From the NCBI GenBank assembly GCA_000146045.2, contig BK006936.2, forward strand, positions 96,001-160,000: a stretch of DNA of 64,000 nucleotides. Direction: 5' to 3'. A model generated the notes under the pieces. That model did no database searches. It was given only the letters and a program-made list of their open reading frames with translations, and was not told where the DNA came from. The DNA is from TPA_inf: Saccharomyces. Taxonomy: Eukaryota. Below, in pieces: positions 54,201-64,000 of the stretch; the first letter of the stretch is position 1; each line of letters starts with the position of its first letter. The position numbers were made by a program, and so were the translations under genes.

Positions 54201-54286
54201 CAGTTAATGTTACCTGTAAAACAACGACGGCCGGTCCCCTGGCGAAGTACATTGTCGAATGTATAAAGAATGTGCTTACGAAGTAA
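51209..54286 (+). CDS. APL3: AP-2 adaptor complex alpha-adaptin large subunit, 1025 aa.
   Basis: Adaptin N-terminal HEAT/ARM region plus a C-terminal appendage. The length matches. Confidence 0.92.
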   Translation: MDRKKTLINSSVSNNNSTIKGLQLFIADLRSAQQAQEQEKRIQSEIVKIKQHFDAAKKKQGNHDRLGGYQRKKYVAKLAYIYITSNTTKLNEILFGLEQTVELLKSSIFSEKFIGYMTLELLYERSEVVAKVNDEVNYQLMKDLSSSDDNFVMLALNFVGVVGELTNRLAYNDDITTGVFKILRSPTSSIYLKKKSALSFLALLKSNHSILTEDLQRKQLWIQRILSLLDDTENYRLTLATIPLIEFIAKYIDPSYCTRLLPQLTEILYNCVVVGTSRSSDNQFPLEYTFANMPNPWLITKVVSLLSILIASPTERDSGSLLQTNNIDNELLNKLRKCVSVAIELGTRQAQDPMERIVQNTVLFSLINFASKLDPSDEAISNSVTALCSLLTSKEINIRYLTLDSLVKLCSSSGKPAIDAVRYKNLDMIFHLLNTERDSSIVRKVVDLLYTFTDVENVKIIVDGLLQYILSPKNLAEPQIKSDIAVKIAILTEKYATDINWFVIISLQLLSLTSNTTINDDEIWQRLCQIVVNNPSLHRITCERLVDYLCKKQASEAIIKAAAFLLGEYSSLITDRISSANLFTLFAEKYFSAPNVAKAMILTTMIKLYKTSPEIGSNVIKFFQLELNSLDIELQTRSFEYLNIIQLAKVNGNTDILQILFEPMPPFNSKSNPLLKRLGSLPASAGSTTLINTPSEASSSTPDLLSKRANSSRSIMVPMPPPSRRNTIDDVNSKISSSEDFSGKDSYYSRQILAPNWREGFTRMISHKQGVLFTSSLMKVFYRITTPDAQQPYVFHISLAFINLTEWEITGLSTQIIPSKTQGNPEYLIMNINTPSTATIGPHKRAEQSYEVSIRKPFDVEDSPILAIHFKCGGSTNTINLKTAIGMTTTLISSDVNPSMHLNLAQFISRWKTLSDALGKEGEYQKSGIKLNKDFRKVETISLEDGLLLLTQTVKRLGFDIVDQTSVRSTLFVSGIIHTKSEGNFGCLMKIQYQVNGTVNVTCKTTTAGPLAKYIVECIKNVLTK

Positions 54287-54337
54287 AATTTTCTCAAATT
54301 CACTATAATGAAAATCATCCGCATTGTACATATATAA

Positions 54338-54362
54338 ACACACACACACATATATATATATA
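54338..54362. repeat. Compound (CA)n(TA)n microsatellite in the APL3/YBL036C convergent 3' region.
   Basis: Read directly from the sequence (acacacacacacatatatatatata). Confidence 0.9.
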
Positions 54363-54446
54363 TTTGAGATTCTATTTATTTTCATTTTGTGTTGTAATGC
54401 TATAAAAAAAAAGATCTTCGTATAAAATCTCAGTTCATTCAACCTA

Positions 54447-55283
<837 letters not shown>

Positions 55284-55492
55284 TTATTATGCATTTAAGA
55301 GTAGTCTCTACTTATGAACATTTTCTCTGGCCTCTGATCACGTTACTTTATTACCCGGATACTGATCATGTTATGGTCTTTAATCAATAAGTAAGTTATA
55401 GAGCCAGTTTCAAGGTCGATAGTTCAGGTGTATAACAATACTTTTTGGTGCTACCTTGAGCTATTCCATTAGTTAAGTTTGAATTAAATATA

Positions 55493-57610
55493 TCAACTAG
55501 CAATCAAGTCAACTCTAGCGCGCTTCCACACGTTGTGTAGATAAACTGGCTCTTCACCTTCAACAAGCGTCAATTTCCCGTCTTCAAGATCAGGGCATTG
55601 GACAGTAATTTGTGCATAGGATCCCCTGTTACCTGTTGCTCTAATAAATCTTCCGGGATTTATAACAACTACGTTTTGGACAACTCTTGCAAAGTGTTGT
55701 AATTCACTGGGTATAATCATTATGTCAGGCGAGAACCCACCAACAAACTCTGTTAGTCCCAGATAACTCACGTCTAAATCTGCACCAGATATATGTTCAT
55801 AAACTTTTTCTTCTTTGCTTTCCATATCATTGGTTTCCTTCTTCGTAGATACGTCTTTTGGTTTTATTCTTGTACGAATACTACCTGGAAATATGGGGTA
55901 ATACCTGCGCTGTTGTAAAATATGCTCAGAAACACGATCTAATCTATATCTTGATGAGGTAGTACCGCCTTTTATGACTTCCTTTAGATCTTTGAATGTA
56001 TCAACGTTTGAGCAACCGAAGTATATCTCATTTATTTGAAAAGATGAAGGATTAGCCATGCATTTGAAGTTCCTTTTAGGCAGCTGTAAAGCCTTTCTAA
56101 TTAAAGAAGCTTGTGGATATGCGGCGTGATTAGAAATTGCATCTTTTGTGGAGGGTATCAATACGGTTTGGATATGTGGTGATATGGTTTTTAGAATAGG
56201 AGTAAATAACTTCAAAAAAAGCTCGTCCAATGTTTTGGGCTGTGTCTTGAACTGGGGAAAATTTGGCAATTTACCACTCGCTATCAGAGGATGGGTGATA
56301 TCTATAAATGGGCCAAACATTATCAAGACGTGAGGTTTTACCTCATTATTTATACTATCGATAAATTCTTGCAACAATTCGAGGGAGAAGTTATCATTTG
56401 CAAAGTATGGGCCACAGGTCACGATAACCTTCAAAGAAGAACCTTCCAAATTTGCTTGAAACTCCTGCAGTTCCTGCGATGTGGACACTGGGGAGTTTGG
56501 ATAAGGTAGCGGCAAAATAGAGTTAACGGTGAAGTAATCCCCATTAGCATTTTTACCTTTGAATGCCACAATTTGGCCTAAGAAAAACGAAAGCTCGTTG
56601 ACCTGCGATAGATCTAACCTTACCCTTCTTCCAACGCCGCCCATTCTTGAGGTCTCTAGGGAAAGCGATTCTGGATTCAAAAACTTGTCGTAGGTCGGCG
56701 AATCTGGAACTATCCTTCCAACAGCATAAATTTCGGACTGAGATTGAATAGTTGGATCAGCGAAGTCGTTTGGAGATAACTTATAGTGATTTTGAATAAT
56801 CTTAGTAAACGATTCAATTTGATCATCGAGGACATCAGACGCTTCCTGTAAGTTTTGCCTCATTGTTCTGAATTTATACTTTTTAGCATCATAAAATGGT
56901 TCTACTTTGACCTGGTTATATGATGGTTCTTCAGTCGAAAGAAGGCCTACATTTGGATTACCAGATGATATTTCAATATTTTCAGGGTTCAAAGAATCCA
57001 AAATTTCACCAGCAGGAACATTTTGCCTCGATGTGGTAGGAGTGTTTGTTGTTGGAGTTTGGAATGTCGACGAGCCGGGAGTCTTGGCATCCGAGCTTTT
57101 AGCGTGGGACAATGGAGCACTGTCACCCACAGCATCTTCTGCCATGCCTGGAGTAAACTCCAATTTTAAAGAACTATTTCCTTTTTCATTTGTTTCTGCC
57201 TCAGAGCCTACATTATATGTTTGCTTGGAATCACTGAGTGAAAAGGGACCATGTAACTTTCTTTTTTTTAAAGTCGGAGTCTTTGGAATACTAAGGCCAA
57301 ACAAGGGACTTGAATTCAAACTTTTTTTAATCACTGGTTTTTTTGTGGATGTGTTTACCTTAGAGGACGATGAAATTTGGTTAGCACGCTTTTCCATTTG
57401 TAATTGTAAAAATTGTTTAAACTCATCTATGTTCTTGGAAGTCAGATCTGTGTGAGTTTGACGCCTTTGATTGGAGAACTGCTCCCATTTAATGTATAGA
57501 TCCTCGACGGACAATGCATGCAGTTTAGTTAAATTCTCTAATGCAGTGATGATTTCCGGCTTGTCTGCATCAGGCCCAAAATGAGTGATGACATCGATAG
57601 ATCCGCTCAT
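55493..57610 (-). CDS. POL12: DNA polymerase alpha-primase B subunit, 705 aa.
   Basis: Pol alpha subunit B N-terminal domain plus a C-terminal calcineurin-like phosphoesterase-like fold. Confidence 0.93.
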   Translation of the reverse strand: MSGSIDVITHFGPDADKPEIITALENLTKLHALSVEDLYIKWEQFSNQRRQTHTDLTSKNIDEFKQFLQLQMEKRANQISSSSKVNTSTKKPVIKKSLNSSPLFGLSIPKTPTLKKRKLHGPFSLSDSKQTYNVGSEAETNEKGNSSLKLEFTPGMAEDAVGDSAPLSHAKSSDAKTPGSSTFQTPTTNTPTTSRQNVPAGEILDSLNPENIEISSGNPNVGLLSTEEPSYNQVKVEPFYDAKKYKFRTMRQNLQEASDVLDDQIESFTKIIQNHYKLSPNDFADPTIQSQSEIYAVGRIVPDSPTYDKFLNPESLSLETSRMGGVGRRVRLDLSQVNELSFFLGQIVAFKGKNANGDYFTVNSILPLPYPNSPVSTSQELQEFQANLEGSSLKVIVTCGPYFANDNFSLELLQEFIDSINNEVKPHVLIMFGPFIDITHPLIASGKLPNFPQFKTQPKTLDELFLKLFTPILKTISPHIQTVLIPSTKDAISNHAAYPQASLIRKALQLPKRNFKCMANPSSFQINEIYFGCSNVDTFKDLKEVIKGGTTSSRYRLDRVSEHILQQRRYYPIFPGSIRTRIKPKDVSTKKETNDMESKEEKVYEHISGADLDVSYLGLTEFVGGFSPDIMIIPSELQHFARVVQNVVVINPGRFIRATGNRGSYAQITVQCPDLEDGKLTLVEGEEPVYLHNVWKRARVDLIAS

Positions 57611-57803
57611 TTTTTTTTTTTTCAGTCACTTGCTCCTGCCTAAATTTACCTTCAAGCTTTGTTGAACCAATTGACAATCAATTATCTTGATATTTTTATA
57701 TGCAAATATATTATGTATATGAAACAAAATGTTATATGTGTCTACAAAGAGCTCATATTATTACAGTTTTAGAAAAGAGAAAGAACTAAGAAACTCTGGT
57801 GAG

Positions 57804-57832
57804 ACGCGTCACGGTAAAAAAAAATTACGCGT
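57804..57832. promoter_or_regulatory. Two MluI cell-cycle boxes (ACGCGT at 57804..57809 and 57827..57832) about 195-220 bp upstream of the POL12 ATG.
   Basis: Exact MCB hexamers 18 bp apart, each embedded in the extended sequence GACGCGTC. MCBs drive G1/S expression of DNA-replication genes. Confidence 0.75.
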
Positions 57833-57847
57833 CTACCACGCTATTCT

Positions 57848-60800
57848 CTATTCGTTTGAGGCGATGAACATGATCATTTTAAAGACATTCTTAGGCAAAC
57901 AATCGAATAATCGTTCGGTTTCTTGCTCAGTATAATCTGGAGTAGTTTGGAGGACTCTCAAACAACGAGCTAATACCACGGCACTGGTGAAGTTCCACGA
58001 AGTATTATCAGTCCCCATAATGAAATAGCTCATTGTTTGGATAATCTCTGATATATTAGATTTCTTGAATTGTTGGCAAATGGTAGGAGATTGCAGCATC
58101 TTCCATAAGGTCTCAATTAAAAATGTTTCTTTCACACCAGCGGTGTCAGGCTGAATTTCAGTAACCAACATGCTTAGAATTCTTGTTGCCGAATGTTTTT
58201 TGAAAAAGTGCGATAACATTAGACTGTCCCTGAACTCTTGCGCTAATTTATAGATTTCGTTTCCATAATCAGAAAATTTATTAAGCATTAAAAGGATCTG
58301 TTCCCATACTTCTTCGAAACACATTCTCACCGAAACGCCATCATCGTCGGCATTCTCGCTTAGTGTATTTAGAAACTTTTTCCAAACCAAAAGACAATGA
58401 ACGAGAATTATGGACTTACTGGATATTTTTGATGGAATTGAAGGCGTGTCATCAGTAGATTTCAAAAGCATAATAGCAACATCCAGTAGTTCATCAAAAC
58501 CATTTTCATTCGTCAACCAATCGGTCATTTTTTGATTTTGAAAACAAGTAATCAAGGGTTCGATCAGGTAATTTATATGTTTCATAGTGAACGATCCACT
58601 TTTTATCCTGTTTATTGCCTTTGACATGTGATTGAAATAGACATCAAAATCCATCAAAGTGTTGCCATTAGAATCAACCATTAAAAGATGACTAATTTCA
58701 TATACAGTCAAGGAATCCCTTGGGAAATTATCCATGATAAGCAAATGCATCTTCTCTGATTTTTTGTTATTAACTAGTTTCATCTTTTTGGAGTTTATGT
58801 CTTGTTCAGTTAGTGCTACGTCTCTTTCTCTCTTTACTGTGATCCTTTGCTTTTGACCCATATTCTCGTCCCCGTTTATTTTGATTGGTGACATTGTTTC
58901 CAAATCAGGCTTTTCATTCTCATTCCCATTTCCAATAAGTTTTTCTGGCTCATTTATTATCTTTGGAGGATCTGTACTGAATTTTACTGTTGGTTCATTA
59001 TCGTCCTTCAATTTCCTTTCGGTATTTTCACCACTGTTTTGAAAAATTTCACTTAAATTCAAATCAGATTTTTGAGAATTTTCCATATCTATATCATCTT
59101 CCTCCTTTGCTGGGTTTGGCTGGTCCAGTTGATAAACACTTACTATTTTCGTCATTTCTGAAAGCTTTTTATCTTTGTCATTATCATCATGAATAACTAC
59201 GCTGTCTGTGCTTGATGTTCTTTTTCCAACGTTATTCTTCAACTCTAGTGTTTTATCAGTTTCCAAGTTTTTGAAGGGATTAATCATTGTCATTTCCATG
59301 CATTTCTTAACATCATTTTCGTCTACAGCATCGTCGGATTCCTCATCCCCTTCAGATTTTTTATTGTCGATGGGAGTGAAGCTTACAGAACTTTCTCTAG
59401 AAATGATGTCTTCTACCTTAAAGTTGGCATCCTTCTTTTCAAGTTCATGACAGATTTTCATCTTGGTAGATACAATGTCAAAATCAGCTAGCAATTTATT
59501 AAAACGATTATTATCGAATTTATAAATTTCAAAAATTAGATTGAAATAACATGTGTAGTCAAACTCTTTACCGTAGATTTGAAAGAGTATCATTGATATT
59601 TTAGGCATGAGATCGTTCGTTCCTGACCTCAGAGTGTTATCATGTTTTATGTTCAAGTTACGGAAAATCTCTAAAAGTAACTTGAAATTATAATTGAAAA
59701 AAGTGGTTTTGTATTTCATATAGTATAGTTTGAAATCATTCGGACAATTATTGGCATTCAAGAAATTGAATAAATCCGCGATAGTTATAATCAAGTTAGT
59801 AAGCTCGTAGGGCTTTTCAGGATTCATTCTATTCTTTAAGATTTCCGCGTAATCAAAACTATTAATAGAATATAGCTCAATGAGGTAATTTAAGGGAACT
59901 CCATTTGTAAACTTCTCTATACTCAAAAATGGCTTGAAATCATTTGGTGACTTTATCATAATTTGGCGTAGCTTTTTCATAATCATGGGAAATTCAAATT
60001 TTGGGGCTGATGATGACTGTTGCGATGTCAACAGTAACTCCTTTTGTAAATACTGTAAAGCATCTTTGATCTGAGCTGGAAACGAAGCATCATTGAATTT
60101 TTTGTAAAGGGTTTCATATTCACCAAGTTTATTACTGCCTTTTAATGAGATTGGAGAAGATGACATCGAAACATCATTTTTATCCATATATTTCTTTATC
60201 AACGGGTTAGAGTAACTATTTGATAACTCATCAGTCAAGTCGATTTGGTTTGACGGAAAGTCATCAAAATTTGTGTAATTTTCAGATACTTTTGTGGCGG
60301 CAGTAGAAGAAGGAGGGGCACTAACTTTTCTTTTAGTAACATTATTATTATCTTTGGTGTTGCTGTTTGAAACAGAGTTCATACTGTCATGATGCCTTGC
60401 CCTTTTTTCATTTTCTTTACTTGAATATTCACTAGTAGACCTTAAGTTTGTTTTCAGCTTATTTGATAGTTTACTGGCTATGACACTTCCACCAGCTGTG
60501 ACTGCAGGAGCGTTGAGTAGGGAGGTGGAGGAAGATTGAGTCGGTTGGGCATAACTTGGATAGTTCCTTTTCTGCTCCAGTAAACTGGTTTTTCTTGAAG
60601 AATTATTCGAAGAGTGAGAGTACAATCGAGACGTTGCAGAGGAGGCGGAGGCAGTAGAGGACACCCTGGAAACTTGATAGTTTATATTCAAATGAGCAGG
60701 GATTGCCAATTCTGTTGCTTTTTTCAACTGTGGAGAAAAGGAAGAACTCAATAATCTTTTGGCATTTGTAGGATAACATTTGTAGAAATACCAAAAAGTT

Positions 60801-62389
60801 AACCTCATTGCCTCTCTAACGGTTGTCTGTGAATCTGAAATGCCCTTTTTTAGCCATTCTTCGATGTATATGATGTTATTCTCCAACTTTGAGGTTGGCG
60901 AAGTTGTATTTGAATTGTTGAGCGAAAGATTGGAGTCGTTGAACTTAATCAGGAAGCTACGCAGCAGTATTGCAGAGCAAAATCTCGGTGTTACGGTTTT
61001 CTCATTTATTAATAAAAAAGATAATTGGAATAGTTTATTATGGAAATGATTTATATCAATGATCAAAGTAATTAAACAATGAAATGCAGTTTGTGAAGAG
61101 ATTTTCTTGGTAGATGATAACAAGTTCTTGAAAATGACAAATATTTGGTCCAATATTGATAGGGGCAACTGATCGTTTAGGATATGGATTAGCCTCTTGA
61201 GGAAAAGTAATGCAGTTAATGATAACGTTGTCCTCAACGACGAGGTAGCTCTTGAAATCAACTCAATCAACTGCACCTCCTTTATTACAGTGACAAATTC
61301 CTCTGGATTATCTTTGGGAATGTTGCCGGATATAATGTTGTCTAATTCAATTATATTTGATTGCCTTAGCTTCCAATTTTGTTCTGTTTCCTTTACACTT
61401 TGGAACGGTGCCAACAAATTCTCCAAGTCTTGTTGTAATTGGTTCAAAGACTCATAGTTTTTTTTCATCGCTGGGTCTTTACTGCTCAAGTTGTTTGATA
61501 ACTGCGGCAATTTCGCTTCGGCTAATAGTAATTGAAACTCGTACTCTTCGTCAAACAAGGTCGATTTATCTTCTTGTGAACCATGCTGGTCCTGTGACTT
61601 TGCTAAACTTATGAATTTTTGCTTGAATTTCTCAACTTCTAAATCGTTAATAAATCCATCTATCAGATCCTGTGAATTTTCGTCATCCATTTTCAAATAC
61701 TTGTACATTATATCGAAAATAAGCTCTATTATTACATTATTGTTATCATCGTTTGCGTGTTCATTTAGGTTGTTATTTAAAAGGTTGGTGAAAGACAGCA
61801 TGAAAAACCTCAGTAGTTGCAAATGATTTGAATTATTTTTCTCGTTGATCTGGATCAACTCATCGATGGTCAATAATGTAGATTTTATCCTATTCAGGTA
61901 ATCTCCGTTTTGGTTTTCACTTGGTCTTCGCAAGAAATTTGCTAGAATAGCTTGGATCTTCGATGGATTAACCAAATAAATGGCTTCAATGGCTTTAATG
62001 GAAGCCAGCCAAAATTTCTTCTCATTAGGCAACTCGAAAATTAAGTGGTTTAGTAATTGCTCAACTAGAGTGTCATTGAATTGTACTGGAGACTGCATGG
62101 CCACACGTTTGATAAGGTAACAAAGCGAGGAATGTGATAGGAAGATTAACCGCGGGTACGAACGGTAAGCGTAATGGCCGGAGATGAACAGTAACGCAGC
62201 GAAATAAGCTTGGATCGACGATTCGTTAACTAGTTCCTTTTTTACATGTCCTTTGAACCGTGTAAGCAGTGCCATTTTTTCCTCGATGGGTACAGACTCG
62301 TCCTTGAATACGGTATACAAAGGGAAGGAATCGTCTGGATGTGTATTAGTGTTGCTGTTATTATTGGTCTCATTGTTGAAGGACGACAT
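57848..62389 (-). CDS. STU1: CLASP-family microtubule-associated protein (spindle), 1513 aa. ATG at 62389; the ORF track extends 6 codons to a non-ATG.
   Basis: N-terminal TOG/HEAT-repeat regions, a central S/N-rich basic region and a C-terminal CLASP domain. The length matches when started at the first ATG. Confidence 0.9.
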
Positions 62390-62655
62390 TATTTCTGAAG
62401 AATACAAGGTCTCTCCAAAAACCCTAATAATTACCGCTAAATATGCCTGTCAATCGGATGAAGGGAAGTTTCAACCTCAAATGTAAATAAATAGATGTTT
62501 AGCGTTTTAGAATAAATAAGTAAATAATTTGATTTTCTATAAAGATGTTAATGCGCCAATACGCGCCGACGGGGTAACGCATTAAAATAACATGGTATTT
62601 TCGTTTCATTACAAAAAAAGCACTATATGTACTAATAATTATGCTACACTTGTGT

Positions 62656-63693
62656 TTATATTGCCAGCGTCGATGTTGATGACAACGCAGAGTTCATACG
62701 GTTTTGGTTTTGGGCTTCACTTGTCTCAGTAGGTTGAGGGTTTGTATGAAGTTTCAGAGGCTCCGTTAGTAAATGACCCATTCTTTCTATCTTGGTCCTG
62801 AGATAACCTTCTATCTCCTTGGAGTCTATGCCTTCACTGGAGTTTGTCCAGTGTATGGGTACCATAGGCACTCGTTCAACGCACTTAAGGTAAGGCGCAT
62901 GATCTACCTGTTTTATCTTTTCCGGGTTATTTGTCAGCAGCCTGACATTACCGATGCCAAGATCCAGCAAAATAGCCTTACCCAGCGAGAAGTCCCTAGC
63001 ATCCACGGGATGTTTCAGCATTAAGTTGGCCTGCACTGTGTCAGCACCTAAGTCTTGCAGGTTGTAGGCCTTGAGTTTCTCACCTAACCCGATGCCACGA
63101 CCCTCTTGTCTTAGATACACGATAACACCATGGCCGTTTCCACCTTTGATGTTGCTTGTGGGTTCGTGGTCGCAAGCGATAAGCCTACCGGCCCTATCGA
63201 ATTGTTCACCACAATCACAACGGGCGCTCCATGCGTTTTCACCGGTGTAACATTCAGAATGGATCCGTACCAGCGTGTCGTTATGGGCGTCCCATGTAGT
63301 GGCTTTGGAAGCTAATAACTCACCTGTACTATCATCAAACTCCAGAGCTAATCCGAGTCTATCGTCTTCGTCTGCCACAGTTCTGCCGGGATACAGTTTG
63401 CCAATATAAGCGCCCCTGATCATTCTATCTTGTTGCGTCTCGCACTGTCTTCTACGGAATAGCGAGCGCGACCGTATGTCTTCACCAAACACAATGGCTA
63501 GATGTTCCTTGTTGTCCCTGTTGTTACTGTAAAGATGTAAAAAGATATCCGGACCCTGTGTGGTTGGGATACGAGCTCTTGCGACACATTGTACTAGAGG
63601 CAAGCCGCCATCGCCGTTCCTGCCATCACCCGTACCACTAACCTCGTATTTGCTGCTATCCTGTTTACTGTTGTCGTAGTTATCTATGGTCAT
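62656..63693 (-). CDS. RIB1: GTP cyclohydrolase II (riboflavin biosynthesis), 345 aa. ATG at 63693. The ORF track carries 66 in-frame, stop-free upstream codons starting at a non-ATG.
   Basis: GTP cyclohydrolase II zinc-binding motif (CDCGEQFDRAGRLIACDHE) and catalytic core (YLRQEGRGIGLGEKL). Confidence 0.9.
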   Translation of the reverse strand: MTIDNYDNSKQDSSKYEVSGTGDGRNGDGGLPLVQCVARARIPTTQGPDIFLHLYSNNRDNKEHLAIVFGEDIRSRSLFRRRQCETQQDRMIRGAYIGKLYPGRTVADEDDRLGLALEFDDSTGELLASKATTWDAHNDTLVRIHSECYTGENAWSARCDCGEQFDRAGRLIACDHEPTSNIKGGNGHGVIVYLRQEGRGIGLGEKLKAYNLQDLGADTVQANLMLKHPVDARDFSLGKAILLDLGIGNVRLLTNNPEKIKQVDHAPYLKCVERVPMVPIHWTNSSEGIDSKEIEGYLRTKIERMGHLLTEPLKLHTNPQPTETSEAQNQNRMNSALSSTSTLAI

Positions 63694-64000
63694 CCTGTAG
63701 GTTTGTTGTAGTTTTATGTACGCCACTTTTTGTAATGACTCAATTATTGTCCACGCCAGCACAGCAACTTCTTTATATATACTATAGCGGCGCTGGCGCT
63801 CACCCCACAAGAGCGTCCGACTAATTTCTGACAAATCGTAAAAAGAAAAAGAAAAACTCAAAGGAAAAAGAAAAAGTCTCACCCTACACAACTTGTTTTC
63901 AAAAACGGTATAGACCCTACTATTTCTGTTTTAGCCCTATGCTAAGTCTAGACATTACCCTATCCCTTTTAACGAAAGCCCTTTTGTTTTTTTTCTGTGT

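Noticed and set aside
63694-63891. 66-codon stop-free in-frame extension upstream of the RIB1 ATG in the ORF track (411 aa versus 345 aa)
   Set aside because: The extension starts at a non-ATG codon and is low complexity (FLFPLSFSFSF). Conserved GTP cyclohydrolase II begins at the ATG at 63693. The extension is most likely 5' UTR or promoter that happens to lack stops.

Overview
This window is a gene-dense, co-linear segment of a Saccharomyces cerevisiae-type nuclear chromosome, running SEF1/YBL066C to RIB1/YBL033C. I identified it by recognising about 30 consecutive protein-coding genes whose order, strand and protein length match the known chromosome II left-arm loci. These include PRX1, KIP1, SKT5, YEL1, SHP1, PTC3, SAS3, SEC17, EDE1, COR1, FUI1, PRE7, URA7, APL3, POL12 and STU1. 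Four genes carry canonical yeast spliceosomal introns (GTATGT/GTAAGT/GTATGC 5' splice sites and a TACTAAC branch point): CMC2, IAI11, SEC17 and ERD2. The ORF track misses or splits their short first exons, so I reconstructed them by hand. The ORF track appears to allow non-ATG starts (TTG/GTG), so several ORFs are extended at the N-terminus. I trimmed those to the first ATG that gives the known protein length. I found no tRNA, rRNA, Ty/LTR, CRISPR or prokaryote-style element. Every gene has its expected length, so there is no sign of an inserted foreign cassette. In my honest reading this is an ordinary, well-characterised core chromosomal region and not a novel system. The observations worth a second look are all cis-regulatory or structural. 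There is a PAC/RRPE cluster in front of TOD6, the PAC-binding repressor, and another in front of URA7. POL12 has a tandem pair of MCB boxes upstream, and PRE7 has a perfect Rpn4 PACE. A perfect 17-bp GC palindrome sits in the PRX1/KIP1 promoter. The CMC2 and IAI11 start codons diverge only 54 bp apart. There are long poly(dA:dT) tracts and microsatellites. A 59-codon hydrophobic small ORF (YBL039W-B) is absent from the ORF track. Coordinates that I derived by counting the printed lines may be off by about 1 nt.
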